Assembly: GCA_042218225.1 (NCBI GenBank)
Contig: JBDGRH010000070.1
Coordinates: 1-46,126, forward strand
DNA: 46,126 nt
DNA from: Halodesulfurarchaeum sp.
GTDB lineage: Archaea > Halobacteriota > Halobacteria > Halobacteriales > Halobacteriaceae
Direction: 5' to 3'
The position numbers and the translations under genes are program-made. Of this stretch, positions 1-8,387 are shown in pieces (position 1 is the stretch's first letter; the number at the start of each line of letters is the position of its first letter). Under the pieces are notes generated by a model that did not search any database, was not told the origin of the DNA, and worked only from the letters and a program-made list of their open reading frames with translations.

Positions 1-128
1 GGGGAGCCCCAACGGAACGAAGGACTCGTTTTTCAGCGTCGCCCCCTGAGGCCGACGTCCCGGGGTCGAAAGGCGGTTTGCGAGCGGGCGGCTGCCGCCT
101 TCCTCGATATTATATAATGTAAGATTGG

Positions 129-195
129 CCCGGTTCCGTTGACGAAGAATCTGCCCCGGTTCCGCTGGCGAAGAATCTGCCCCGGTTCCGCTGGC
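129..195. repeat. 26-bp tandem repeat, ~2.6 copies
   Basis: CCCGGTTCCGTTGACGAAGAATCTGC (129-154), CCCGGTTCCGCTGGCGAAGAATCTGC (155-180) and partial CCCGGTTCCGCTGGC (181-195), just downstream of the hbd stop. Confidence 0.9.
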
Positions 196-208
196 CCAAA
201 CCCCCCGT

Positions 209-1066
209 TCAGTACTCGTAGAACCCCTTGCCGGTCTTCTTCCCGAGGTCACCCGCTTCCACCTTCCGCTTCAGGAGGTATGCGGGCTTGTATCGGTCGC
301 CGAGCTCCTCGTGGAGCGTCTCCGAGGCGTTCAGGCAGATATCGAGCCCGATGTGGTCGGCGAGCTCGAGCGGCCCCATCGGGACGTTCGTCCCGAGTTT
401 CATCCCCCGGTCGATGTCCTCTTTGGAGGCCACGCCCTCGTCGTAGGCGCGGATCCCCTCGTTCACCCAGGGGATGAGGATGCGGTTCGTGACGAAGCCC
501 GGCTTGTCGTCGGCTTCCCAGGTCTCCTTCTCGAGTGCCTCGGCGAACGCGTGGGCGAACGACACCACCGCGTCGGCCGTCTTCTCGCCGACGACGACCT
601 CGACTCCGTCCATGACCGGGACGGGGTTCATGAAGTGGAGGCCGACCACGAGCTCCGGCCGGGTGGTGGCGGCCCCGATGCTGGTGATCGAGAGCGTGCT
701 GGTGTTCGTGGCCAGGACCACGTCCTCGGGGACGATCTCGTCGAGCTGGGAGAAGATGTCTCGCTTGACCTCCATATCCTCGACGGCGGCCTCCACGACC
801 ACGTCCGCCCCCTCGAGGGCCGAGAGCGCGGTCGTGCCGTCGATCCGATCGATCACCCCCTGGGCCGCAGACTCGCTCAGATCGCCCCGGTCGACGAAGC
901 GGTCGAGACTGCCCCGGATCGACTCGAACCCGTCGTCCACGAACTCCTGTTCGATGTCCCGCATCACCACGTCGTAGCCCTGCATACCCGCGACCTGGGC
1001 GATCCCGCTACCCATCGTGCCGGCCCCGACCACGCCCACCGTCTGTACGGAATCCAGTCCCCGCAT
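209..1066 (-). CDS. hbd: 3-hydroxybutyryl/3-hydroxyacyl-CoA dehydrogenase
   Basis: Rossmann VGVVGAGTMGSGIA, ATNTSTLS, GLHFMNPVP, PGFVTNR, PMGPLELAD and GKKTGKGFY motifs; start trimmed to MRGLDS at 1066. Confidence 0.93.
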   Translation of the reverse strand: MRGLDSVQTVGVVGAGTMGSGIAQVAGMQGYDVVMRDIEQEFVDDGFESIRGSLDRFVDRGDLSESAAQGVIDRIDGTTALSALEGADVVVEAAVEDMEVKRDIFSQLDEIVPEDVVLATNTSTLSITSIGAATTRPELVVGLHFMNPVPVMDGVEVVVGEKTADAVVSFAHAFAEALEKETWEADDKPGFVTNRILIPWVNEGIRAYDEGVASKEDIDRGMKLGTNVPMGPLELADHIGLDICLNASETLHEELGDRYKPAYLLKRKVEAGDLGKKTGKGFYEY

Positions 1067-1161
1067 ACGAAGAGGATGGGTCGGCGCCGGCCCTAAAGAT
1101 GCCGGAACGGGAAACACTCAAGCCCCTCGGGGGCACATCCACCGGTACGGTGACAACCCGG

Positions 1162-1779
1162 ATGCCGCCCGATGAGCTGACGGACGTGAAGTTCGTCGGA
1201 CCCGCCACGAAGGCGGTTCTCGAACGGAAGGACGTCCGGCCCGCCGACATACTCGAGCGACGCATCTCCCACGCCCAGCTCATCGACATGGGCGTGAATC
1301 CGGGGGTGGCCGCCCGCATCCGGCGGGAGCACTCCCTTTCCTGGTCGCTCGAGGGTGGGGAGGACCTCGACCGACGGGCCGAACAGGTTCGGGGCCTCCA
1401 GGACGGCGAGCGAGCCTGGGTGGCCGCAAGTGCGGGAACGTGGGAGGAGGAGTCCCCCGAGGCGGAAACACGGTCAACGGATGGACAGGGAACGGCCGAG
1501 GACGCGGAGGCGGCGTGGCGGAACGATTCGTGGCCGGAGCACGGGACCGTCGAGTCGGAGTCGGTCCAGGCGGAGGCCGAATGGCGGGACCGGTCCCAGC
1601 CGACCCCCGTCACCGAGATCTCCGGCATCGGGGAGGCCTACTCCGCCCGATTGGCGGAAGCGGGGATCACGTCCGTCCGCAGTCTGGCGACCTGCGATCC
1701 CGAACGCGTCGCCGAATCCCTGGATTTGCGCGCCGATATGGTGCGCGACTGGCGCGACTCCGCCCAGGAGCAATTCTGA
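1162..1779 (+). CDS. Helix-hairpin-helix domain protein
   Basis: Two HhH-like modules (LTDVKFVGPATKAVL; VTEISGIGEAYSARLAEAGI) separated by an acidic linker; start MPPDEL at 1162, ~30 nt after a TCAAG TATA-like box. Confidence 0.75.
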   Translation: MPPDELTDVKFVGPATKAVLERKDVRPADILERRISHAQLIDMGVNPGVAARIRREHSLSWSLEGGEDLDRRAEQVRGLQDGERAWVAASAGTWEEESPEAETRSTDGQGTAEDAEAAWRNDSWPEHGTVESESVQAEAEWRDRSQPTPVTEISGIGEAYSARLAEAGITSVRSLATCDPERVAESLDLRADMVRDWRDSAQEQF

Positions 1780-1899
1780 ATCACGGGGGAGTCCTCGCTG
1801 ACGGGAGGGTGCCCCGGTATTCGATCCACGACCTGTGGGCCCATCCGTCATCGATACACCGTTCAGTTAGACTATTATACGAGCCTGCACCATCACCCG

Positions 1900-2694
1900 A
1901 TGATGTTGTCACTCGAATCCTCCCCGCTCGCACGGGACGGGAAGATCCTCATCCTGGCGTACGACCACGGGCTGGAGCACGGGCCGACTGACTTCGACCC
2001 CGTGCCGGAGACGATGGACCCCCAGACGGTGTTCGAGCTGGCGACCCACGACGCCGTGACCGGGCTGGCCGTCCAGAAGGGGGTCGCGGAGGCGTTCTAT
2101 CCCTCCTACGACGACGCCGTCAACTTGGTCGCGAAGGTGAACGGCACGTCGAACCTGTGGATGGGGGAACACGACAGCGCGGTCAACTGGTCGGTGGACT
2201 ACGCGGCGGATCTGGGCGCGGACGCCATCGGATTCACGCTGTACGGCGGCTCCAATAACGAGGTCGAGATGGCCGAGGAGTTCCGCGACGTCCAGGAGGC
2301 GGCGCGGGGGCACAACCTCCCCGTCGTGATGTGGTCATATCCGCGGGGGCAGGGGGTGAAAAACGACACCAAGGACGGTGTGATCGCCTATGCCTCCCGT
2401 CTCGCCCTGGAGCTGGGTGCGGACGTCGCGAAGGTGAAATATCCCGGCAGCCGCGAGGCGATGGAGTGGGTGACGAGCGCCGCGGGCCCCGTCAAGGTCA
2501 TCATGAGCGGCGGCTCGAAGACGGACGATCGGGACTTCCTCTCCTCCGTGGAGTCCGTGATCGACGCCGGCGGGGCGGGCTTGGCCGTCGGCCGGAACGT
2601 CTGGCAGCGGGAGAACGCCGAGGAGATGCTCGATGCGCTCCAGGCGGTCATCTTCGAGGGGGCGAGTGTGGACGACGCGCTCGCCAGGATGTAG
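1900..2694 (+). CDS. fba: Class I (DhnA-type) fructose-bisphosphate aldolase
   Basis: ILAYDHGLEHGP, WSYPRG, ELGADVAKVKYPG (Schiff-base Lys) and GLAVGRNVWQ motifs; TATA-like TATTATA at 1873-1879. Confidence 0.92.
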   Translation: MMLSLESSPLARDGKILILAYDHGLEHGPTDFDPVPETMDPQTVFELATHDAVTGLAVQKGVAEAFYPSYDDAVNLVAKVNGTSNLWMGEHDSAVNWSVDYAADLGADAIGFTLYGGSNNEVEMAEEFRDVQEAARGHNLPVVMWSYPRGQGVKNDTKDGVIAYASRLALELGADVAKVKYPGSREAMEWVTSAAGPVKVIMSGGSKTDDRDFLSSVESVIDAGGAGLAVGRNVWQRENAEEMLDALQAVIFEGASVDDALARM

Positions 2695-3537
2695 ATGAGC
2701 GAGGTCGCGGAGGCGGTCTTCGACACGGTAGCCGAGACGGCACCGCAGATCAGGGCTGGGCTTCCGGGCCGTCGCCAGACCATCGAGGAGGAGAATCCCA
2801 CGGACGACGAGCAGCTCGCCGCGGACGTCTGGGCGGACGATCTCCTCTTGCGGCGCCTGAGCGGGATCGAGGGTGTCGGCGCATACGCCAGCGAGGAGCG
2901 CGAGGAGGTAATGGAAACGGGCGAGGGCTATTCCGTGGCGGTGGATCCCCTCGATGGGTCCTCGAACCTCAAATCGAACAATCCGATGGGGACGGTGGTG
3001 GGGATCTACGACGACGAGCTCCCGGCTGCGGGTCGCACGCTCGTCGCCGCGGGGTTCGTGCTCTATGGCCCGATCACGACCATGGTGGTGGCCGACGGCG
3101 AATCGGCGACCCAGTACATCGTCGAGGACGGGACGCGGAACGCGGTGGGCAGAGTGACTCTCCCGGATGACCCGGTCGTGTATGGGTTCGGGGGACGAGT
3201 GCCGGACTGGCCGGAGGATTTCGCGGCCTACGTCGCCGAGGTCGAGGAGGAGCTCAAGCTCCGGTACGGCGGCGCGATGATTGCCGACGTGAGTCAGGTC
3301 CTCACCTACGGCGGGATCTTCGGGTATCCGGCACTGCAGTCCCGGCCGGACGGAAAGCTCAGACTCCAGTTCGAGGGCGCGCCGGTCGGGTTCGTGGTGG
3401 AATCCGCCGGGGGTGCCTCCTCGGATGGCGCCACCTCGCTGCTCGACGTGGAGGCCACAGAGCTCCACCAGCGGACGCCGGTCCACGTGGGGAACACCCC
3501 TCTCATCGACCGGCTCGAGGAACAGGTCTCCAGGTAG
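2695..3537 (+). CDS. fbp: Class 1 fructose-1,6-bisphosphatase
   Basis: ASEE, DPLDGSSN, LRYGGAMIADV and GKLRLQFEG motifs; ATG directly abuts the fba TAG. Confidence 0.95.
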   Translation: MSEVAEAVFDTVAETAPQIRAGLPGRRQTIEEENPTDDEQLAADVWADDLLLRRLSGIEGVGAYASEEREEVMETGEGYSVAVDPLDGSSNLKSNNPMGTVVGIYDDELPAAGRTLVAAGFVLYGPITTMVVADGESATQYIVEDGTRNAVGRVTLPDDPVVYGFGGRVPDWPEDFAAYVAEVEEELKLRYGGAMIADVSQVLTYGGIFGYPALQSRPDGKLRLQFEGAPVGFVVESAGGASSDGATSLLDVEATELHQRTPVHVGNTPLIDRLEEQVSR

Positions 3538-3611
3538 CCGGACGCTCGGGCCGGGACGGGGTCACCGGCTTCGAACCTATTTTCACCCCCGGCTACGAAT
3601 CCTCGGAGGCT

Positions 3612-4889
3612 ATGACCGGGATTTCATACGAAGACTTCGTCGACACGACGTACCGACCGGACCCCGGTGACCTCGTCTGCGAGTTCGCCATCGAGCCGGC
3701 TCCGGACCTCGACATGCGCGATGCGGCGGGGCGGGTGGCCTCGGAGAGCTCGAATGGGACGTGGGCGACACTCGAGGTGGATGCGCCGGTGACGGATCTC
3801 AGCGCCATCGCCTTCGACATCGATTCGGGCGGTGAGCGCGAACCGGGGCGCGAAGGCGGGACGATCCGCGTCGCGTATCCCGAGGCACTCTTCGAGCCCG
3901 GGAACATGGCGCAGATCCTCTCCTGTATCGCGGGGAATATCATGGGGATGAAAGCGGTCGAATCCATCCGACTGCGGGACTGTGCATGGCCCGAGGGGCT
4001 GGCCACGTCGTTCCCGGGTCCCCAATTTGGGTCGGCCGTGAAGACGGAGTTGCTGGATGCGGCAGACCGGCCGGCCCTCGCGACGGTCCCGAAGCCGAAG
4101 GTTGGACTCCGCCCCGAGCAGCACGCCCAGGTGGGGTATGACGCATGGACGGGTGGCGTCGACCTTCTCAAGGACGACGAGAACCTTACGGACCAGTCGT
4201 TCAATCGGTTCGAGGAGCGGGTCAAGCGCTCCCTCGAGCAGCGGGATCGGGCCGAGGAGGAGACCGGGGAGCGCAAGGACTATCTCATCAACGTGACCGC
4301 CGAGGTGGACGAGATGAAGCGCCGGGCCGACCTGGTCGCCGAGCAGGGCGGCGGGTTCATCATGGTGGACGTGATCACCGTGGGGTGGGCCGGCGTCCAG
4401 ACCCTTCGGGAGCACGCCGCGGACCTCGGCCTGGCCATCCACGCCCACCGGGCCATGCACGCCGCGTTCGATCGCCTCGAGCATCACGGGGTCTCGATGC
4501 GTGTGCTGGCCCAGGTCGCGCGTCTGGTCGGCGTCGATCACATCCACACCGGGACCGCGAACCTGGGGAAGCTCGAGAACGAGGACACAGTGGGCATCAA
4601 TGACTGGCTCGCGGGTGACCTCTACGGCCTTCCGGACGTGTTGCCCGTCGCATCCGGCGGGCTCCATCCGGGGATCGTCGAACCGCTCCTCGATGCCCTC
4701 GGACCGGACATCATGGTGCAGGCCGGCGGGGGTATCCACGGACACCCGGACGGGACAAACGCCGGCGCGAAAGCGCTCAGGGCGGCGGTCGAGGCCTATC
4801 AGGAGGGCGTCCCTGTCCAGCGACAGGCGGAATCGGTTCCCGAGCTGGGGGCGGCGCTCGAGGCCTGGGGGACCGAAGGGCCGCGGTGA
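3612..4889 (+). CDS. rbcL: Form III ribulose-1,5-bisphosphate carboxylase (RuBisCO) large subunit
   Basis: ASESSNGTW, IAGNI, KPKVGL, GGVDLLKDDE, HAHRAMH, HIHTGT..GKLE, ASGGLHPG and QAGGGIHGHP: the catalytic motifs of a true RuBisCO; 425 aa, no small-subunit gene nearby. Confidence 0.93.
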   Translation: MTGISYEDFVDTTYRPDPGDLVCEFAIEPAPDLDMRDAAGRVASESSNGTWATLEVDAPVTDLSAIAFDIDSGGEREPGREGGTIRVAYPEALFEPGNMAQILSCIAGNIMGMKAVESIRLRDCAWPEGLATSFPGPQFGSAVKTELLDAADRPALATVPKPKVGLRPEQHAQVGYDAWTGGVDLLKDDENLTDQSFNRFEERVKRSLEQRDRAEEETGERKDYLINVTAEVDEMKRRADLVAEQGGGFIMVDVITVGWAGVQTLREHAADLGLAIHAHRAMHAAFDRLEHHGVSMRVLAQVARLVGVDHIHTGTANLGKLENEDTVGINDWLAGDLYGLPDVLPVASGGLHPGIVEPLLDALGPDIMVQAGGGIHGHPDGTNAGAKALRAAVEAYQEGVPVQRQAESVPELGAALEAWGTEGPR

Positions 4890-5050
4890 GGCTTTCAGCG
4901 GCTGCTGTTATCGTATGTCAGCGATAGGCCCGGTGATGGGAGTGGAGCGTGACGCTCGACACCTTCGAGCTTACCAGGAGCCCAGCCGTATCCACGCTCC
5001 GGCCTCCACGCTCATGAGGTCCCCATTCACCTCCCGATCGCGTCCGGAGT

Positions 5051-5719
5051 TCACGCCTCTCGCTCGGTCCTGAGGGAGACAGCGATCCCCTGGCCGAGCG
5101 GGACCAGCGCCGACCGGTATTCCGGGGTCGAACGCATCCGCTCGATGTAGGCCGCCACGCCCTGCGTTGCCTCGTCGGGAGCGCCATCTCCCTCCAGCGC
5201 CTCGACCACTCCAGCGGGCGTGACCGGTCCCCCCATCATGTTGTCGGCGATGATGAGCCCGCCCGGTGCCGTCCGCCCCATCGACCGCTCCCAGGCGGAC
5301 GGGTAGGCGTGTTTGTCCAGGTCGATCAGGATCACGTCGAAGGGGCCATCGGTTTCATCGAACCCAGCCAGGGCATCCCCGACCTCGTATCGAACTCGCC
5401 CCTCGTACTCCAGCTCATCGAAGAAGTCCCGGGCCCGATCGAGGTTTTCCTCCCGGTAGTCGGTCAGCACGAGCTCCGAGTCCGGGCCGAGTGCCTGCGC
5501 GAACCAGGCCGCGGAATAGCCGAACCCCGACCCGAACTCGAAGACCCGCTTTGCCCCCACCATGGCGGCCGCGACGGAGAGGAACTGACCGACTGCGGGG
5601 CCGACGGTCGGGAACCCCTGCTCGCGCCCATACGTGGTCATCTCCTCCAGGACTGGGTCCGGATCAGGATTTCCCAGGGCGAGAAGGCGCTCGGCGGACT
5701 CGGAGAGAAACCCGCTCAT
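5051..5719 (-). CDS. O-methyltransferase (caffeoyl-CoA/YrrM-like, SAM-dependent)
   Basis: VFEFGSGFGYSAAW, FDVILIDLDKHAYP and PGGLIIADN motifs; start trimmed to MSGFLS at 5719. Confidence 0.88.
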   Translation of the reverse strand: MSGFLSESAERLLALGNPDPDPVLEEMTTYGREQGFPTVGPAVGQFLSVAAAMVGAKRVFEFGSGFGYSAAWFAQALGPDSELVLTDYREENLDRARDFFDELEYEGRVRYEVGDALAGFDETDGPFDVILIDLDKHAYPSAWERSMGRTAPGGLIIADNMMGGPVTPAGVVEALEGDGAPDEATQGVAAYIERMRSTPEYRSALVPLGQGIAVSLRTEREA

Positions 5720-5859
5720 GCTCCCTGCGTGGGTCAGGGACGCCTTAGCGGTTTGGTTGGGGGAAGTGGGTCCCGGTTTGCGCCTCGCGGACGAAGCTGT
5801 CGAGCAATCCGGCTCTCTAATTGATGGAGTTGGCCGGCGATCCCTCCCTCGATAGGTCC

Positions 5860-6420
5860 TTACCGATCTTTCCACTTGATCGAGCACCCGCGGGACGGGA
5901 GGAAGGGTTTGTCGACCTCCTCGCCGGCCAGTACGGCGTCGATCGCCTCCCGCATGTCGTGCTGGGTGGGTTCCGCGTCCGGGTTGAGTGCGTCGTCGAG
6001 TCGGCCGTGCCACGCCAGCGTGAAGCTCCCGTCCATCCGGCGGAGGAGATACGGGTCCGGGGTACACATCGCGCCATACTCCCGGGCGACCTCCTGGGTC
6101 TCGTCCCTGAGGTAGGCGTCGTACTGGACTCGTCCCGACTCGACGAGCTCCACCATCCGGTCGAAGGAGTCCTCCGGGTACTCCTCCGCGTCGTTGGGGT
6201 TCACCCCGACGACCGCAACCGCGTCGTAGTCCGCGGCGATGTCGTTGAGGACGTCGATCTTCGCCTTGGCGTACGGACAGTGATTGCAGGTGAACACCAG
6301 GAGGACCGCCTCGTGGTCGGCAAAATCCTGGAGGGAGTGCGTCTCCCCGTCGGTCCCTTTGAGTTCAAAGTCCGGTGCGGTATCACCTGGCTCCAGCTCC
6401 TGGACGGATTCCTCTGCCAT
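5860..6420 (-). CDS. Thioredoxin-fold (AhpC/TSA, peroxiredoxin-like) protein
   Basis: GDTAPDFEL, FTCNHCPY, YGAMCTPD and GCSIKW motifs. Confidence 0.9.
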   Translation of the reverse strand: MAEESVQELEPGDTAPDFELKGTDGETHSLQDFADHEAVLLVFTCNHCPYAKAKIDVLNDIAADYDAVAVVGVNPNDAEEYPEDSFDRMVELVESGRVQYDAYLRDETQEVAREYGAMCTPDPYLLRRMDGSFTLAWHGRLDDALNPDAEPTQHDMREAIDAVLAGEEVDKPFLPSRGCSIKWKDR

Positions 6421-6573
6421 GGGCGGATCTACGTCGTGGCGAGGAAAAGGCGTACGGGTCCCGGCCAGTCCGTGCGGATGATTCAGCGGGTCCGATAACT
6501 AGGTACGCGGGGACACTGAGAGCCAGAGAGTTCGAGAGTTTCAATATACGTCGGACGCAACCCCAACCGCTCC

Positions 6574-7581
6574 TCACCGGACCGTGCCGATATCCCCGCG
6601 TTCGAGCGACTCGATCGCTGCTTCGACAGCGGCCCCATCCACTGGCCGATATCCCTCCCCCGTCCGCTCCACCACTCCGGCGTGGACGAGGTGGTCCAGG
6701 TGTGCGGATGCCTCGCCAGGGCCGTGGAGGATGTGGATATTCTCGAGGTGACCGAAGAGCGCGTCGCTGACCTCCCAGGCCGTGAGGGGACTGTCGGCCT
6801 CGAGGACGCGCATCACCCGGGCGGTTCGCTCCGCGTGGTGTGATCGAATCTCGGCTGCGCGCCCACTCGGGTCGATGAGTGGGCCCCGGTGACCCGGCCA
6901 GGCCCGGGAGAGGTCCGCGTCGATGACCCGCTGGAGGCTCTCGAGGTACGACGCGAGCGGTCGTTCGACCCTGACGTCCGCGCCCCCGACGTTGGGGGTG
7001 TACTTCGGGAGGACCGCGTCCCCCACGAAGGCTTCCGTCCCTCCCGCCCGCTCGAACGTATACGCCACCAGGCCGGCCGCGTGCCCCGGGAGATGGAGGA
7101 CCTCGATCTCGTATCCGCCCACGTCGATTCGGTCTCCGTCCTGGACCTCCGTCACCGTCGCGGGCTGGCCACGCAACCCGTCGTGGCGCTCCAGGAAGGA
7201 GAGCAGCTCCGCCTTCGGCCCCTCCGGCATGCCCCACTCCGTCAGGGCGGCTCGCTGCAACTCCGTCAACTCGTCGATGGCTTCGGGGTCCTGTCTGATC
7301 ACGGGCGCATCTTCCTCGTGGGCGTAGACGGTCGCTCCACCCGCCTCCTGGATGGCCCCCGCCAGCCCGGAGTGGTCGTAATGAAAGTGCGTGAGGAGCA
7401 CGGTGTCGATGTCGGTGAACTGGACCCCGTGTGCCCCGAGCGCGGCCTCGAGCTCCGCGCGGATCCGGTCGGTCGCCACCCCCGTGTCGACCAGCGTCGT
7501 GGGCCCATCCCCGTCCGCTCCGAGGAGATAGACGCTGTTCCGCCCCTCGAACTCGTTGTTGGAGAGCTGGAGATGGTGCAC
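6574..7581 (-). CDS. MBL-fold metallo-hydrolase
   Basis: LVDTG, LLTHFHYDHSG (HxHxDH), PGHAAG, VGD and WPGH motifs; likely GTG start at 7581. Confidence 0.88.
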   Translation of the reverse strand: MHHLQLSNNEFEGRNSVYLLGADGDGPTTLVDTGVATDRIRAELEAALGAHGVQFTDIDTVLLTHFHYDHSGLAGAIQEAGGATVYAHEEDAPVIRQDPEAIDELTELQRAALTEWGMPEGPKAELLSFLERHDGLRGQPATVTEVQDGDRIDVGGYEIEVLHLPGHAAGLVAYTFERAGGTEAFVGDAVLPKYTPNVGGADVRVERPLASYLESLQRVIDADLSRAWPGHRGPLIDPSGRAAEIRSHHAERTARVMRVLEADSPLTAWEVSDALFGHLENIHILHGPGEASAHLDHLVHAGVVERTGEGYRPVDGAAVEAAIESLERGDIGTVR

Positions 7582-7662
7582 GGACCGGGGTTGGCGTCCG
7601 GGGGATAAGTGCGTTACCGGTTGCGACCGTCGGTGATCCTGCACCCCAGGGACAGAAGCCGC

Positions 7663-8289
7663 TCAGCGGACGAGGTAGGGGTCCCCACCGGGGAAGAACC
7701 GCCCGAGGTCGCTCTCCCGACGGTAATCGCGCCCGAGGATCGCCCGCAGGGTGGCGACCAGCGCATCTCGCTGGCCATCGCTCCAGTCGAGGGGCTCGGC
7801 GACCGGGACGACGAGCCAGGAGCCGGTCGAGATCTCCCCTGCGTGGAGCGCCTCCGGCTCCAGCGAGCCGTCGGAGACCGTGGAGTATTCGGCGAGGACG
7901 TGCCGAATGGGCCGCTCCCCCACCGGCAACAGGACGTGAGCGGTGACGGCCCTGAGTTCGGCGTCGAAGAACCGCTCGAGCTCGCGATACGCGGCGGGCC
8001 CTGGATCCCCGTCAGCAACGCAGAGATGGAGGTAGGAGAGAAAACAGTTCGAGCAGACCGGCTCTGGATCGAGTGCGTCGATGAGACCGACTTCCTCGAG
8101 GACCTCGAGGAGCGCTCGACCACCGGCCGTTCCCGTAAAGGGGATGCCCGAGGAGACGCCACCGTGTCGCCCCGGGTGATCGCCGACCACGTGGAAATCA
8201 GCCGATGCGTTACCGTATCCCGGGACGAACGCCTCACAGGGCGGATCGAGACCGAACGGATTGCGCACTCGACTCGAGACGTGAACCAC
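7663..8289 (-). CDS. Uracil-DNA glycosylase-like family protein
   Basis: VPGYGNASADFHVVGDHPGRHGG..GIPFTG and ELRAVTAHVLLPVG match the UDG superfamily signature; CCTTAAA TATA ~27 nt upstream. Confidence 0.75.
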   Translation of the reverse strand: MVHVSSRVRNPFGLDPPCEAFVPGYGNASADFHVVGDHPGRHGGVSSGIPFTGTAGGRALLEVLEEVGLIDALDPEPVCSNCFLSYLHLCVADGDPGPAAYRELERFFDAELRAVTAHVLLPVGERPIRHVLAEYSTVSDGSLEPEALHAGEISTGSWLVVPVAEPLDWSDGQRDALVATLRAILGRDYRRESDLGRFFPGGDPYLVR

Positions 8290-8357
8290 GCCCGTCCGTA
8301 GCGCGTCCGACCGGTTTAAGGGAACCGTCTCGATCCCTCTCGCATCCGTTGCAAACT

Positions 8358-8369
8358 ATTATTAATAAT
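8358..8369. promoter_or_regulatory. Perfect 12-bp palindrome ATTATTAATAAT upstream of the acyl-CoA synthetase gene (candidate operator or TATA)
   Basis: Self-complementary and AT-rich in a GC-rich genome; followed by SD-like GAGGTGG (8376-8382) and ATG 8388. Confidence 0.55.
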
Positions 8370-8387
8370 TCAATCGAGGTGGCCATC

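Noticed and set aside
43-75. CTGAGGCCGAC...GTCGAAAGG resembling a hammerhead ribozyme core
   Set aside because: The core reads CUGAGGC rather than CUGANGA, and I could not build stems I and III with a cleavage triplet.
1780-1899. TrmB operator (TACT-N7/8-GAGTA type) expected upstream of gluconeogenic fba-fbp
   Set aside because: No convincing match found by eye.
3612-4889. Possibility that this is a RuBisCO-like protein (form IV) or proof of autotrophy
   Set aside because: The catalytic motifs are intact, arguing against form IV. Autotrophy cannot be claimed without PRK or a RuBP-regeneration route, which is not visible in this window.
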